Below, one piece after another: positions 10,080 through 20,888 of a DNA stretch of 64,000 bases (its first letter is position 1; each line of letters starts with the position of its first letter). The notes beneath the pieces are model-generated. The model ran no database searches. It had not been told where the DNA came from and worked only from the letters and a program-made list of their open reading frames with translations. The stretch comes from Leptolyngbyaceae cyanobacterium. GTDB taxonomy: Bacteria > Cyanobacteriota > Cyanobacteriia > Phormidesmidales > Phormidesmidaceae. The stretch covers positions 576,001 through 640,000 of the forward strand of contig CBDHHL010000056.1 of the NCBI GenBank assembly GCA_965263355.1, read 5' to 3'. Position numbers and translations under genes: made by a program.

Positions 10080-11333
10080 ATGGCTAATAGGGATCGCTTA
10101 CTTCACTCTAAATGTACTAAATATGTCCGAGGCTTGTATTTGCCATTATCAGTAGTTATGCAAAACGGATATTTCCCAGGCAACTTGAACAAGTTTATGT
10201 TGACCCTAACAGTCCTAATGTTAGGTCATGGTGTTCATTGCAATCCTGTTAGGGCTCAGTCTACTCCAACAGATAGGGAGTCTTTTCAGTCTCCACCTGT
10301 TGAACCGAGGTTGCCAGAATTACCTGCATCAACTGATACTAATTTCTGGGTAGGAGATACCTATATCCTCGGGGTTGGAGACTATTTACAGGTAGATGTC
10401 TTTAATATTCCTGATTATAGTGGTGAATTTCGAGTATTGTCCGGTGGTACTCTGAATATTCCAGTGGTGGGGCTGGTTGCGGTAGAAGGGCTATCGTTAC
10501 AACAGGCTGCAACCCTGATCGAAAAAAGCCTTGAACCCTATGTTAGACGCCCGAATGTTACCCTCAGTGTCTTGGGCAGTCGTCCGATTCAGATTGCGAT
10601 CGCAGGCGAAGTCCATCGACCAGGCACCTATCGCGTGACAGCGGGTGATAACTCAAGTGGCGCATCGGCAACTATACCAACCTTAACCCAAGCCATTGAG
10701 CTAGCCGATGGTATCACCCAGTTAGCAGACATTCGCCAAATTGAGATAAAGCGTCGTCTGCCAGCAGTATCAAATGTCACACAGTCAAGGAATGCATTAT
10801 TAAGTGATGCAGGTCGCAAGCAAGCCCAATTTCAAACCATTTCAGTCAACCTCTGGGACCTGCTAAAAGAAGGTAACCTAAGCGAAGATTTAGCATTGCA
10901 AGATGGCGATCGCATCATCATTCCTACGGCAGACACATTGAGTTACGATGAAGCTACCGAATTAGCCACTGCAAGCTTTTCCCCCGATCAGATTTCAATC
11001 AATGTTGTGGGTGAAGTGGGCTCTCCTGGCAATATTAATGTTCCCCCCAATATCCCCCTTAACCAAGCCATCTTAGCGGCAGGTGGCTTCAACGATCGGG
11101 CGCAAACAGGTACCGTTAGTTTAGTTCGCTTAAACCCCGATGGGACTGCATCTCAAAGAGACATTGAAGTTGACTTTACCCAGGGAATTAATGAAGATCT
11201 CAATCCATCGTTACGGCCCAACGATACCGTTATTGTTCGACGGTCTGGTTTAACCCGTGCAAGTGACACCGTTAGGACTATATTTGCCCCCTTCAACTTG
11301 GGTCTTAACATTCTTCGACTGTTTGGCCTGTAG
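10080..11333 (+). CDS. wza: Polysaccharide export protein (Wza/KpsD-like, Poly_export + SLBB); start may be 10158 or 10197
   Basis: YILGVGD, IPVVG, GEVHRPG, LTQAIELADG and AGGF motifs. Confidence 0.85.
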   Translation: MANRDRLLHSKCTKYVRGLYLPLSVVMQNGYFPGNLNKFMLTLTVLMLGHGVHCNPVRAQSTPTDRESFQSPPVEPRLPELPASTDTNFWVGDTYILGVGDYLQVDVFNIPDYSGEFRVLSGGTLNIPVVGLVAVEGLSLQQAATLIEKSLEPYVRRPNVTLSVLGSRPIQIAIAGEVHRPGTYRVTAGDNSSGASATIPTLTQAIELADGITQLADIRQIEIKRRLPAVSNVTQSRNALLSDAGRKQAQFQTISVNLWDLLKEGNLSEDLALQDGDRIIIPTADTLSYDEATELATASFSPDQISINVVGEVGSPGNINVPPNIPLNQAILAAGGFNDRAQTGTVSLVRLNPDGTASQRDIEVDFTQGINEDLNPSLRPNDTVIVRRSGLTRASDTVRTIFAPFNLGLNILRLFGL

Positions 11334-11403
11334 GCAGACTAGTTTCATCATCTCATTCGATTTTTAGTTGGTTTATTAGTATTTGATCATCTCTTTTGAA
11401 GAT

Positions 11404-12579
11404 ATGAAAGTTGCTCTAGTCCATGATTATCTTACCCAGAGAGGTGGTGCCGAACGGGTATTTGAACTTCTTTGTAGACGGTTTCCTGACGCTGACATTT
11501 ACACGTCACTGTACAGCCCACAGGACACCATCGATGTTGGCAATCGGCAGGTCAATACAACGATGCTGCAGTCAATTCCAGGGGCAAGCAAAAAATTTAG
11601 GCTGTTTGCACCATTATATTTCTCGGCATTTGAAGCATTAGATCTGCAACAGTATGACTTAATCATTAGCAGCACAACAAGTTTTGCTAAATCGGTTGTA
11701 AAACGTCCTGATGCCTACCATGTCTGTTTTTGTCACAATATAACCCGCTTTCTTTGGGATACCCGCACCTATATCGATCAATACAAAGACTACAGACTAT
11801 TAATGCCAATTATTCAGCCTATTTTTCAGAAGCTGAAACAATTTGACTTAGTTCATGCCCAGAAGCCAGATTTATACATTTCTAATTCAACCATCGTAGC
11901 TCAGCGTATTCAGCAGGTATACAAACAACCAGCAACTACGGTTAATTATCCTATCGATATCGAAAAGTTTGTTTTTTCAGATAAAAAAGATGATTTTTAT
12001 CTGATTTCGTCTCGTCTACTTGGCTATAAGCGAATAGATATTGCTATCGAAGCATTTAATTGGCTAGGGTGGCCGCTGATCATTACGGGAGATGGTCCAG
12101 AAAGAAAACGACTGGAAGCCATAGCCCTGCCAAATATCACATTTCTGGGCCATGTAAGTGACGATAAACGCAAATATCTAATGTCGCGAGCAAAAGCTGT
12201 CATTGTATCTGCCCTAGAAGATTATGGGCTGGTGCCCATTGAGGCCAATGTTAGCGGAACTCCTGTTATTTCCTACGGGGCTGGTGGTGTTTTAGACACT
12301 CAAATTCCTGGTAAAACAGGTGTCTTTTTTTACCGTCAATCTCCAGAAGCATTGCTTAAAGCACTGTGTGAAGCCAACACCATCCAATGGGACTATAAAC
12401 AAATCCGGGACCACGTCCTCAAGAATTTCACAGAGGATGTTTTCTTTGAAAGAGTTATTAAAGTCATCCAGGATTCTTTGAATAAGCGTTCTCTAGGTAA
12501 AGATAGTCCTTTACCATATGAAATATCTAAGCTGAATAAGTTGAGCCTAATAATTGATAAGGACACAAAAGTATGTTGA
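11404..12579 (+). CDS. Glycosyltransferase family 4
   Basis: MKVALVHDYLTQRGGAERV; EDYGLVPIE (EX7E). Confidence 0.9.
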   Translation: MKVALVHDYLTQRGGAERVFELLCRRFPDADIYTSLYSPQDTIDVGNRQVNTTMLQSIPGASKKFRLFAPLYFSAFEALDLQQYDLIISSTTSFAKSVVKRPDAYHVCFCHNITRFLWDTRTYIDQYKDYRLLMPIIQPIFQKLKQFDLVHAQKPDLYISNSTIVAQRIQQVYKQPATTVNYPIDIEKFVFSDKKDDFYLISSRLLGYKRIDIAIEAFNWLGWPLIITGDGPERKRLEAIALPNITFLGHVSDDKRKYLMSRAKAVIVSALEDYGLVPIEANVSGTPVISYGAGGVLDTQIPGKTGVFFYRQSPEALLKALCEANTIQWDYKQIRDHVLKNFTEDVFFERVIKVIQDSLNKRSLGKDSPLPYEISKLNKLSLIIDKDTKVC

Positions 12580-14870
12580 CAAGCCCAATGTCTATCACTA
12601 CAAATGAACCGGAATTTGGGTATGGACAGCTTTTGAATGTCCTGTTGCGACGTTTTATCTGGGTTGGAGGTTCCATTACAGTAGCAGTAGTTATTGCCAT
12701 TGTCTCAACCTTAAAAGAAGAGCCCATCTATGAAAGCTCCATACGGCTGTTGGTTGAGCCCAATTATCAAGAAGAGATTGATATCACTAAACAGGACGTA
12801 GAGCTACCATCCAAGTCTCAAACAGATTATGCTACGCAACTCAATCTGATGCGCAGCGAAGCCTTTATTAAAGAGACCATTGAAAGAATGCTGGCCAGGC
12901 AGCCTCAAACTTGCGATAAGTCAGCCGACCAATCTAGCTGTATCAAGAAGTTCCAAAGCCAGTTAAAACTGTCCCAAGTTGTTGAGGCTAAAACAGTAAC
13001 CAAAATTTTTGAAGCAAAATTCAGTGACAAAGATCCACGTATTGTACAAGATTTCCTAGAAACCCTTGGCTATGTCTATTTAGACTACAATAAAGAACAG
13101 CAGGAAGAACGCCTGGAAAAGGGACTATCCTTGGTGAATCGACAAATTAACGAGGTCGAATCAAGCTTGTCTCAATCCCGTCAAGCATTAAGACAATTTC
13201 GCGAAATAGAAAATCTGATTGACCCAGAACAGGAAGCCCCTACCGTCGCAGACGCGTTAAGGCAAGCTGAGCAAACTAAGATAGACGTTGATATTCAGTT
13301 ACTTGAAACTCAAGCCCAATACGCTGCCTTGCAAGATAAGCTTTTAATCGATTCTCAAACAGCCTTAGTTTCGTCGCGACTGAGTCAATCTTCCCGCTAT
13401 CAGCAACTCTTAAATAAAATACAAGAAACAGAACTGGCCTTAGAACAGCGGTTAGCCCTTTATGCTGAAGCAGATCCAGGGGTACAAGATCTCATCAGCC
13501 AGAGGCAAAGACAGATAAGTCTCCTGCAGCAGGAAGCCGAACGAGTCCTTGGGCAGGTTCCGACTCAGTTTGATTTAAACGAACAGACGTTATTGACCGA
13601 AGGGCAACTGAGTGGAATTGATCTAGATCTAATCGAGGAGCTTGTAAACACCGAAGTAAGCTTAAAAAGCTTAGCTGCACGTCAGTCAAGCCTGGCAGTG
13701 GTTACTCAGATGTTACAGACTAGGCTGAATAATTTCCCAGCCTTAATTTCAGAGTATAACCGTATTCAACCTGAAGTAGGCATCCAGGAAGAATCTCTAG
13801 TCAAACTACTGCAGCTGCGCCAAGAACTTAGCAATGAGATCGCCCAAGCAGGCTTCAGTTGGGATATTGTCGAACCCCCTAAAGCCGGTAGAGAAATTGC
13901 TACGCCACCCCTACAAAATATTCTATTAGGAATTGTTGCAGGATTCTTTGTGGGTAGTGCTTTAGCCTTTACTCGAGAGGCTATGGATAAAAGTGTACGT
14001 ACTTCTGATCAGCTCAAGAAACAGTCGACGTTGCCTTTATTGGGGATTATCCCAGAAATACCTAGGAAAACTTGGGATAGCTTACCGGTGATCAATGGTG
14101 CTACTCCGTTTCCCACTAAAGTATTTTCCCTCAGTCAATATCAACCTTTCCGAGATGCGCTCGATTTAATTTACAAAACCATTCAGCTCAAAAATGCTCA
14201 GCCATTAAAGTCGCTAATGGTGACCTCGGCTAAAGCAGAGGAAGGTAAGACTACATTATCGATTGGGTTGGCCTTGAGTGCGGCGCGATCGCACCTACGC
14301 GTATTACTTGTTGACGGTAATTTGCGTAACCCATCATTACATCAATATTTTGGCTTATCCAATGAAGAAGGGATATCAACACAGTTCCCGATAGATCCCT
14401 CGCAATTAGACCATATTGATATCTCTCCTATACCAGTCAACATTGCAGGCACCAAGATTTCCGTTTTACCCGTAGGTCCTACCCCTGGCGATCCGATAAT
14501 GTTCCTCAGCTCTCTCCATATGCGTTCTTTTTTAGAAAGAGCTGAATCAGATTATGATCTGGTCATTGTAGACGCACCTGCTATTTTAGGTCTGGCCGAC
14601 GGTCTCCAGCTCGCGTCGTTGTGTCAAGCATCCGTGATGGTCAGTCGGCTAGATCATACGACCCAAAGTGATTTAACCCAGGCAGTAACAATCCTCAGTC
14701 AAATAAATACAATTGGTATTATTGCTAACGGATATCAAGAAAGCAACTATCAAGATCCGCCTTACACGTTAAATGGGTCTAGGAAAGTGTCTAAAAAAGA
14801 ACCCGCACTTTGGCAACAGTTCCGAGCGCTCATAATAGCTCAAGTCCTAGCTTTTGACAAAAGATTTTGA
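12573..14870 (+). CDS. wzc: Polysaccharide co-polymerase / tyrosine kinase (Wzc/GumC)
   Basis: Two TM segments flanking a coiled coil; LPLLGIIP; Walker A EEGKTT; VIVDAP. Confidence 0.88.
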   Translation: MLTSPMSITTNEPEFGYGQLLNVLLRRFIWVGGSITVAVVIAIVSTLKEEPIYESSIRLLVEPNYQEEIDITKQDVELPSKSQTDYATQLNLMRSEAFIKETIERMLARQPQTCDKSADQSSCIKKFQSQLKLSQVVEAKTVTKIFEAKFSDKDPRIVQDFLETLGYVYLDYNKEQQEERLEKGLSLVNRQINEVESSLSQSRQALRQFREIENLIDPEQEAPTVADALRQAEQTKIDVDIQLLETQAQYAALQDKLLIDSQTALVSSRLSQSSRYQQLLNKIQETELALEQRLALYAEADPGVQDLISQRQRQISLLQQEAERVLGQVPTQFDLNEQTLLTEGQLSGIDLDLIEELVNTEVSLKSLAARQSSLAVVTQMLQTRLNNFPALISEYNRIQPEVGIQEESLVKLLQLRQELSNEIAQAGFSWDIVEPPKAGREIATPPLQNILLGIVAGFFVGSALAFTREAMDKSVRTSDQLKKQSTLPLLGIIPEIPRKTWDSLPVINGATPFPTKVFSLSQYQPFRDALDLIYKTIQLKNAQPLKSLMVTSAKAEEGKTTLSIGLALSAARSHLRVLLVDGNLRNPSLHQYFGLSNEEGISTQFPIDPSQLDHIDISPIPVNIAGTKISVLPVGPTPGDPIMFLSSLHMRSFLERAESDYDLVIVDAPAILGLADGLQLASLCQASVMVSRLDHTTQSDLTQAVTILSQINTIGIIANGYQESNYQDPPYTLNGSRKVSKKEPALWQQFRALIIAQVLAFDKRF

Positions 14871-15014
14871 CTAAACTAGCGAACTTCACGTAGTTATGCA
14901 AAATCTGCTCTATACGTAATTTTATATAGGCTATTACTTAAAACTATTGATTTTACCTAAACAAAAATCGTAACCTGAATAGAATGATGGCAACATGCAG
15001 CGCTAGATAAGTCT

Positions 15015-15947
15015 ATGAAAACTTCTACTATCTTACTCAATACCCCTGTAGTATACCGATTAACACCAGATAGTGTTGACACGCCTGCTTTCGAGAATAG
15101 CAGTTTAACTTGGAATGAGGATTCGCTACTGATTACCTCTATCTCTCACAATACAGATGTAAAAATACCTGCCTTAAGAAATAAAGCATGGTTACAAAAC
15201 TGTCTAAAATGTTCTCCCATACGCAAGGTCTATCTTGATCCAGCAATGGAGGAATCTATGATCAAATCATGGATAGACATCTGTCATACGACACAAAAGG
15301 AAGTCTACCTAAAATTGTCGTCTGATGTTGCGCTCCCCCAAGACCGGTACCCAGACATTTGGAAAATAAAGCGCTTGGTCGATTGGTTAATGGCTGCTTT
15401 ATTGTTAGTTATATTCAGCTTACCCATATTGCTATTGGCACTTTGCATTCGGATTGATTCCCATGGTCCTATTTTTTTCCAACAGTGGCGAGTCGGTTAT
15501 AGAGGCAAACTATTTCGAATGTATAAGTTTCGCAGTATGGAGGCAGATGCAGAAATGCGACACCACGAGGTGAAGCAAGACAACCCAGGGTTACATAAAC
15601 CAGACCATGATCCACGGATCACACGGGTAGGATATTGGTTACGACAACTGAGTTTGGATGAGATCCCACAACTTTTCAATGTGCTCAGGGGAGAAATGAG
15701 TTTGGTAGGCCCTAGACCTTGGGCGCTATATGATGCAATACAGATTGAATCAGCATTGCTAGAACGATTAAATGCTCTGCCAGGGATAACAGGACCGTGG
15801 CAAGTCTCTGTTCGTCCCAATGAATTAGACTTGTATGCTGTTACCTGTCGCGATTTGTCCTATCTACAATGTTGGGATCTACTCAAAGATCTACGTATTC
15901 TGTTATTAACAATTCCTAAAGTATTATTTGGCATTGGAGCACAGTAG
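15015..15947 (+). CDS. hepC: Priming sugar-phosphate transferase, HepC-like
   Basis: KRLVD, FQQWRVG, KFRSM, DPRITRVG, LDEIPQLFNVLRGEMSLVGPRP; lies directly upstream of the hepA homolog. Confidence 0.8.
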   Translation: MKTSTILLNTPVVYRLTPDSVDTPAFENSSLTWNEDSLLITSISHNTDVKIPALRNKAWLQNCLKCSPIRKVYLDPAMEESMIKSWIDICHTTQKEVYLKLSSDVALPQDRYPDIWKIKRLVDWLMAALLLVIFSLPILLLALCIRIDSHGPIFFQQWRVGYRGKLFRMYKFRSMEADAEMRHHEVKQDNPGLHKPDHDPRITRVGYWLRQLSLDEIPQLFNVLRGEMSLVGPRPWALYDAIQIESALLERLNALPGITGPWQVSVRPNELDLYAVTCRDLSYLQCWDLLKDLRILLLTIPKVLFGIGAQ

Positions 15948-16059
15948 CAATCAATACAACGGTATAACACTATAGTTGCGACCTACGGACAGGGTGCATT
16001 TACAGTATGGAGTTTATTTTTCAAAGTGATATCACATAGCTAATAGACCGAAAAGTCCT

Positions 16060-17907
16060 ATGAAACGTGGATTTTATAAGCCACTTTACCGCCTCATTAA
16101 AGCGACTCAGTTCTGGCAGGACAATGCGCTCATTCTACGAGAGTTTAGTCACTTTCGCTATATTGTCATTCTGGCCCTATTAGCTCCCTTATTTGCAGCT
16201 GTTTTTGAAGGGTTTAGCTTAAGCTTTCTACTCGTTTTCTTGCAAAACTTGGTTAACTCAGCTGAGCCATTTCAGACAGGATGGACCTGGTTTGATATTT
16301 GGGTCCTGGGTGTTGAGCAATCTGACTTTAGTCAATTGTGTCGAGTCTCTGGGCTGATCTTAATTTCAATCTGGCTACGGGCACTGTGCAACTACCTGGC
16401 CCAATGCTCTATGCGCTTAACCCAGGTTAGACTCACCGACCGCTTATACAAGCAGGTGTTTGAGCAGCTGCAAGCCTTGAGTCTTAAGTTTTACAGTCAG
16501 GTACGCGGTGGCGAAATTATCAATACCCTAACCACTGAAGTTGGTCAGCTACAGCAGGCAATTGGTGCTTATAGCTTTTTATTTGCCAAGGGATCAACGT
16601 TAATTATCTATGCTGTGGTAGCTCTCAGCATTTCCTGGCAATTGACCCTTACAACCTTGCTGCTATTTGCCCTTATGGCAGCAGCCCTGTCTAATCTCAA
16701 CAAACGTATTCGAGAAGCGAGTTTCCTTGTTCCTCAAGCTCGGGGCAACTTTACTGCGTTGGCTGGGGAATTTGTGAATGGTATTCGTACAATCCAAGCA
16801 TTTGCCACTCAGGATTTTGAACGGCAGCGCTTTTATCAGGCAAGCGAGAACATTGTTTCAGCTACTACAACAGTTGTTCAACGGGCCGCCTTAAATCGTC
16901 CTCTTGCAGAAGGGTTAGCGTCAACAATATTAATTGGCATCATTATTGCCGCCATGGGTATTTTTGTGGCCAATGGTTCACTCGAAGTTTCATCATTGCT
17001 TACGTTCCTGTTTGTACTATTCCGGTTAGTTCCCGCCACCCAGAGTATCAGTGGCAGTATTGCCGATCTGAACCGTTTCCAGGGCTCGGTGGAGAATATC
17101 AAGGCTTTATTAGCCACCGAGGACAAACCCTATTTACAAAATGGGTATCGACAGTTTTCAGGACTGCAGCGGGCCATCGAGTTTATTGGTGTTGATTTTG
17201 GCTATGATTCTGATGCCTTGGTACTCAAGAACATTACATTGACAATTGAGAAAGGTACAACTACAGCATTAGTGGGTGCATCTGGAGCTGGCAAAAGTAC
17301 GTTAGCTGATTTGATAGCGAGATTTTATGATGTGAACGCTGGGCAGCTGTTGTTTGACGGCATAAGTTTACGAGAATTTGATTTTAATTCCGTCCGTCGA
17401 CACATGGCTATTGTCAGCCAAAGTACGTTTATCTTTAATGCATCTGTGCGAGACAACATCGCCTATGGTTCTAACAGTGCTACGGATGCTGAAATTTTAG
17501 GAGCTGCAAAACTGGCTAATGCATACGAATTTATTAGAGACTTAGACCAAGGATTTGATACGGTTTTAGGCGATCGAGGGGTCCGTTTATCGGGTGGACA
17601 ATGTCAAAGAATTGCGATCGCCAGGGCATTACTGCGAAATCCAGAGATTCTCATTTTAGATGAGGCAACCAGTGCCCTTGATTCAGTTTCAGAGAAACTT
17701 ATTCAAGAGTCAATCGAAAAATTATCAGTGGGCAGAACAGTTATTGCCATTGCCCATCGTCTGTCTACAATTGCTAATGCAGACAAAATCGTTGTGTTAG
17801 ATAAAGGCCAAATTATTGAGCAAGGTCGATATCAAGAACTTTTAGATAGAAAGAGTCATCTATGGAAATATCATCAAATACAAAATCAACATACACAGCC
17901 AGCCTAA
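16060..17907 (+). CDS. hepA: ABC exporter (TMD + NBD), HepA-like
   Basis: N-terminal FWQDNALILREF; GASGAGKS, LSGGQ, LDEATSALD, IAHRLST; position after hepC. Confidence 0.82.
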   Translation: MKRGFYKPLYRLIKATQFWQDNALILREFSHFRYIVILALLAPLFAAVFEGFSLSFLLVFLQNLVNSAEPFQTGWTWFDIWVLGVEQSDFSQLCRVSGLILISIWLRALCNYLAQCSMRLTQVRLTDRLYKQVFEQLQALSLKFYSQVRGGEIINTLTTEVGQLQQAIGAYSFLFAKGSTLIIYAVVALSISWQLTLTTLLLFALMAAALSNLNKRIREASFLVPQARGNFTALAGEFVNGIRTIQAFATQDFERQRFYQASENIVSATTTVVQRAALNRPLAEGLASTILIGIIIAAMGIFVANGSLEVSSLLTFLFVLFRLVPATQSISGSIADLNRFQGSVENIKALLATEDKPYLQNGYRQFSGLQRAIEFIGVDFGYDSDALVLKNITLTIEKGTTTALVGASGAGKSTLADLIARFYDVNAGQLLFDGISLREFDFNSVRRHMAIVSQSTFIFNASVRDNIAYGSNSATDAEILGAAKLANAYEFIRDLDQGFDTVLGDRGVRLSGGQCQRIAIARALLRNPEILILDEATSALDSVSEKLIQESIEKLSVGRTVIAIAHRLSTIANADKIVVLDKGQIIEQGRYQELLDRKSHLWKYHQIQNQHTQPA

Positions 17908-18014
17908 ACATGTAAGTATGCATTGATATTAGCTATTTTGAATAGAGATTATTTCTATAAAAATCAGGCTAATGAGCTACATTTACTTTTTAGTTATTTT
18001 ATCTAATTAATAGT

Positions 18015-18914
18015 ATGAAAAAGCCAGACTTCTTTATCGTAGGGGCACCTAAATGTGGCACTAGTACACTGACCTATAGTTTGCTAGAGCATCCAAAAAT
18101 TTTTATGCCAAAGCCAGCAGAACCACTCTTTTTTTGTCCGGATGTTACTGGCTCAAAGGTCTCTACATTGGAAGACTATTTAAGGTTATTTGAACCTGGC
18201 AACGATAAAGTTTGTGGAGAAAAATCAACACGATACCTATTTTCAGAGATCGCTCCTCAAAAAATATATCAGTTTAATCCTGACGCAAAAATTATTATTA
18301 TTTTACGAGAGCCAGTTTCTTTTATGCATTCCTGGCATAGTGAACTACTAATGTGGTTTGTTGAAGATATTGATGATTTTGAAACTGCCTTAAATATAGA
18401 AACTGATCGTAAAAATGGTAAGAATATACCTAAAACATGTTCAACACCAAGACAATTAAGCTATCGGGAATTTGCACAGTTTAGTTCTCACATTAAACGA
18501 TACTTATCTGTCTTTGATAGAGAAAAAATTCATTTTCTAATCCTGGAAGATCTTCAGGAAAATCCCCTTGATACATTTCGGAGCCTTTTCAATTTTCTGG
18601 GAGTTGATCCTGATTTTGTTCCTACCATGGAAGTTAGGAATAAAAATAAGAAAATTGCAAATATGACATTGCACCGGTTTTTTAGAACTCCACCCAGCTG
18701 GCTTAAAAAAACATCTAATTTATTATTGCCTAATGACTTAGTGCGAAAACGTATTTTAGGCAATCTGATAAAAACAGTTGAAAAGATAAATGTGAGCCGT
18801 AAGCCAAGGGAGAAAATTGATCCTATCTTGCTAAAAAAACTGAAGCAGGAAATGGCTCCAGAAGTTGATCGATTGAGTAAGTTGATCGATCGAGACTTAA
18901 GTATTTGGGCATGA
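18015..18914 (+). CDS. Sulfotransferase
   Basis: 5'-PSB motif IVGAPKCGTS; 3'-PB motif IILREPV..HS. Confidence 0.9.
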   Translation: MKKPDFFIVGAPKCGTSTLTYSLLEHPKIFMPKPAEPLFFCPDVTGSKVSTLEDYLRLFEPGNDKVCGEKSTRYLFSEIAPQKIYQFNPDAKIIIILREPVSFMHSWHSELLMWFVEDIDDFETALNIETDRKNGKNIPKTCSTPRQLSYREFAQFSSHIKRYLSVFDREKIHFLILEDLQENPLDTFRSLFNFLGVDPDFVPTMEVRNKNKKIANMTLHRFFRTPPSWLKKTSNLLLPNDLVRKRILGNLIKTVEKINVSRKPREKIDPILLKKLKQEMAPEVDRLSKLIDRDLSIWA

Positions 18915-18950
18915 GCAATCTTATTTTACTTTAAATATTAGGAAATTCGC

Positions 18951-19865
18951 ATGAAATACCCCGATTTTTTTATCGTGGGAGCTCCAAAATGTGGCACCAC
19001 GTCCATGTGTAACTATTTAGATCAACATCCAGATATTTTTATTTCAAAGCCTAAAGAGCTTAACTTTTTTGGTGCGGATTTAACACCGCCCCAAAGAAAA
19101 CTTACCCTTGAAGAGTATTTAAAGTATTTCGAAAATAGTCAAAATAAAATTTGTGGTGAAGGGACACCCTTTTATCTTTTATCTAAAGCGGCTGGTCAGG
19201 AAATTAAGGCTCTGAACCCTAACGCTAAAATTATTATTATGCTACGGGACCCAGTAGCATTAATTTACTCATTACATAGTCAACTGCTTTTTGGTTCTAG
19301 TGAAAATGTAGCTGACTTCAAAAAAGCATTAGAGCTTGAACCTTATCGTAAAAAGGGACAGCATATTCCAGACCGCTGTAATCGTCCCGAGGCACTATTT
19401 TATAGTGATATTGTCCATTTTTCGGACCAGGTCAAAAACTACTGGGAGATATTTGGGAAAGAAAACGTGCACATCATCATTTTTGATGACTTTAAGCAAA
19501 ATATCCCAGAGATATACAAACAAACCCTAGATTTTTTAGGCGTTCAGTCTGATTTTGAAGCAAATTTCCAAGTTCACAATCCCAATACCCAGGTCAAGGC
19601 GGTTTCTATTTATCGCTTTTTACGAAAACCTCCGGCCTGGATATTTAAGCTTGGGCGAGCCATTACGCCTTCATTTTTAGCACCCCTAAGACGAAAAATA
19701 GGTTGGAGCTTTATCAAAAAGTCTCAAAAAATGCTTACGGCAGAGAAACCTCGGCCCAAATTAGATTCTGAATTTGAGCATGATCTCAGAAAGCGATTCT
19801 CTCCAGAGGTAGAAAAGTTAAGTCAATTAATTGATAGAGATCTTTCCCATTGGATGGTTAGCTAA
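18951..19865 (+). CDS. Sulfotransferase
   Basis: IVGAPKCGTT, PKELNFF, MLRDPV..YS. Confidence 0.9.
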   Translation: MKYPDFFIVGAPKCGTTSMCNYLDQHPDIFISKPKELNFFGADLTPPQRKLTLEEYLKYFENSQNKICGEGTPFYLLSKAAGQEIKALNPNAKIIIMLRDPVALIYSLHSQLLFGSSENVADFKKALELEPYRKKGQHIPDRCNRPEALFYSDIVHFSDQVKNYWEIFGKENVHIIIFDDFKQNIPEIYKQTLDFLGVQSDFEANFQVHNPNTQVKAVSIYRFLRKPPAWIFKLGRAITPSFLAPLRRKIGWSFIKKSQKMLTAEKPRPKLDSEFEHDLRKRFSPEVEKLSQLIDRDLSHWMVS

Positions 19866-19904
19866 TTGATACCTAAAGTAAACCATACTTAAATTATTCT
19901 TCCT

Positions 19905-20855
19905 ATGAATCGGCCAGTCTTTTTTATCGCAGGGAACTCAAAGAGTGGAACAACGGCTCTTCACGCTTTTCTTAAGCAGCATCCTGACATTTTTATGAGT
20001 GTTCCTAAGGAACCTAATTTTTTCGCGAAAGATTTTTGTCGTGATCCTAATCCAGGGGCGTCTTTTTATCCTATGGCTCACAGCCAATATCTTGGCTTAT
20101 TTTCTGAGGCATGGCCTGGACAGATGTGTGGGGAGGCGAGTGCATGTTATTTATACTCCACTGTGGCAGCGAGGGAAATCTATAACTTTAACCCGAAGGC
20201 TAAGATCATTGTTATTCTGCGTGAACCCGTAGATTTCCTGCGTTCTTACCACCTGCAATCTTTAAAGAATCTTCCTACAGAAGCAGAAACGATCAAGGGT
20301 TTTAAGCATGCACTGGACTTAGAGCCCTCTCGTAAGCGAGGAAAAAATTTACCGCCTAAATGTCTCATACCTGAGTTTTTATATTATCGGGAGCGGGTTA
20401 AATATGTGGAACATCTCAAACGGTTTTATCACTATTTTGGGGCAGACCAAATCAAGGTCATTATCTATGACGATTGGATCAACGATAATCAGGATATTTA
20501 TAAAGACGTGCTTGATTTCTTAGGCATTCGTTCAAACTTTGAACCTAGTTTTTCCACCCATAACAAGGGCGGAGTTATCCTTAGGGCCAAATGGTTACAG
20601 GAAATTGTTCACAATTTATCCCATGGAAAAAATGGATTCCAAGGATTAAAAGTATTGACTAAAACTGTCTTTCCAGACGCTATCAGAAAAAAACTTTTGC
20701 AGGTGATTTACCAAAAGGCGGTTTTTTCTAAAGCAGATGCGTTAGATCCCATGCTTGTAGCCTCTCTGAAAAAGGAATTTAAGCATGAAGTGCTTGCCTT
20801 AAGCCACTTTATCAATCGAGACCTTATGGAAGTTTGGAATTACCAGGATGTATGA
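19905..20855 (+). CDS. Sulfotransferase
   Basis: IAGNSKSGTT, PKEPNFF, GEAS, ILREPV..RS. Confidence 0.9.
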   Translation: MNRPVFFIAGNSKSGTTALHAFLKQHPDIFMSVPKEPNFFAKDFCRDPNPGASFYPMAHSQYLGLFSEAWPGQMCGEASACYLYSTVAAREIYNFNPKAKIIVILREPVDFLRSYHLQSLKNLPTEAETIKGFKHALDLEPSRKRGKNLPPKCLIPEFLYYRERVKYVEHLKRFYHYFGADQIKVIIYDDWINDNQDIYKDVLDFLGIRSNFEPSFSTHNKGGVILRAKWLQEIVHNLSHGKNGFQGLKVLTKTVFPDAIRKKLLQVIYQKAVFSKADALDPMLVASLKKEFKHEVLALSHFINRDLMEVWNYQDV

Positions 20856-20888
20856 CGCATTTTGTTCTCTCTTACCCGTTCAAACCCC

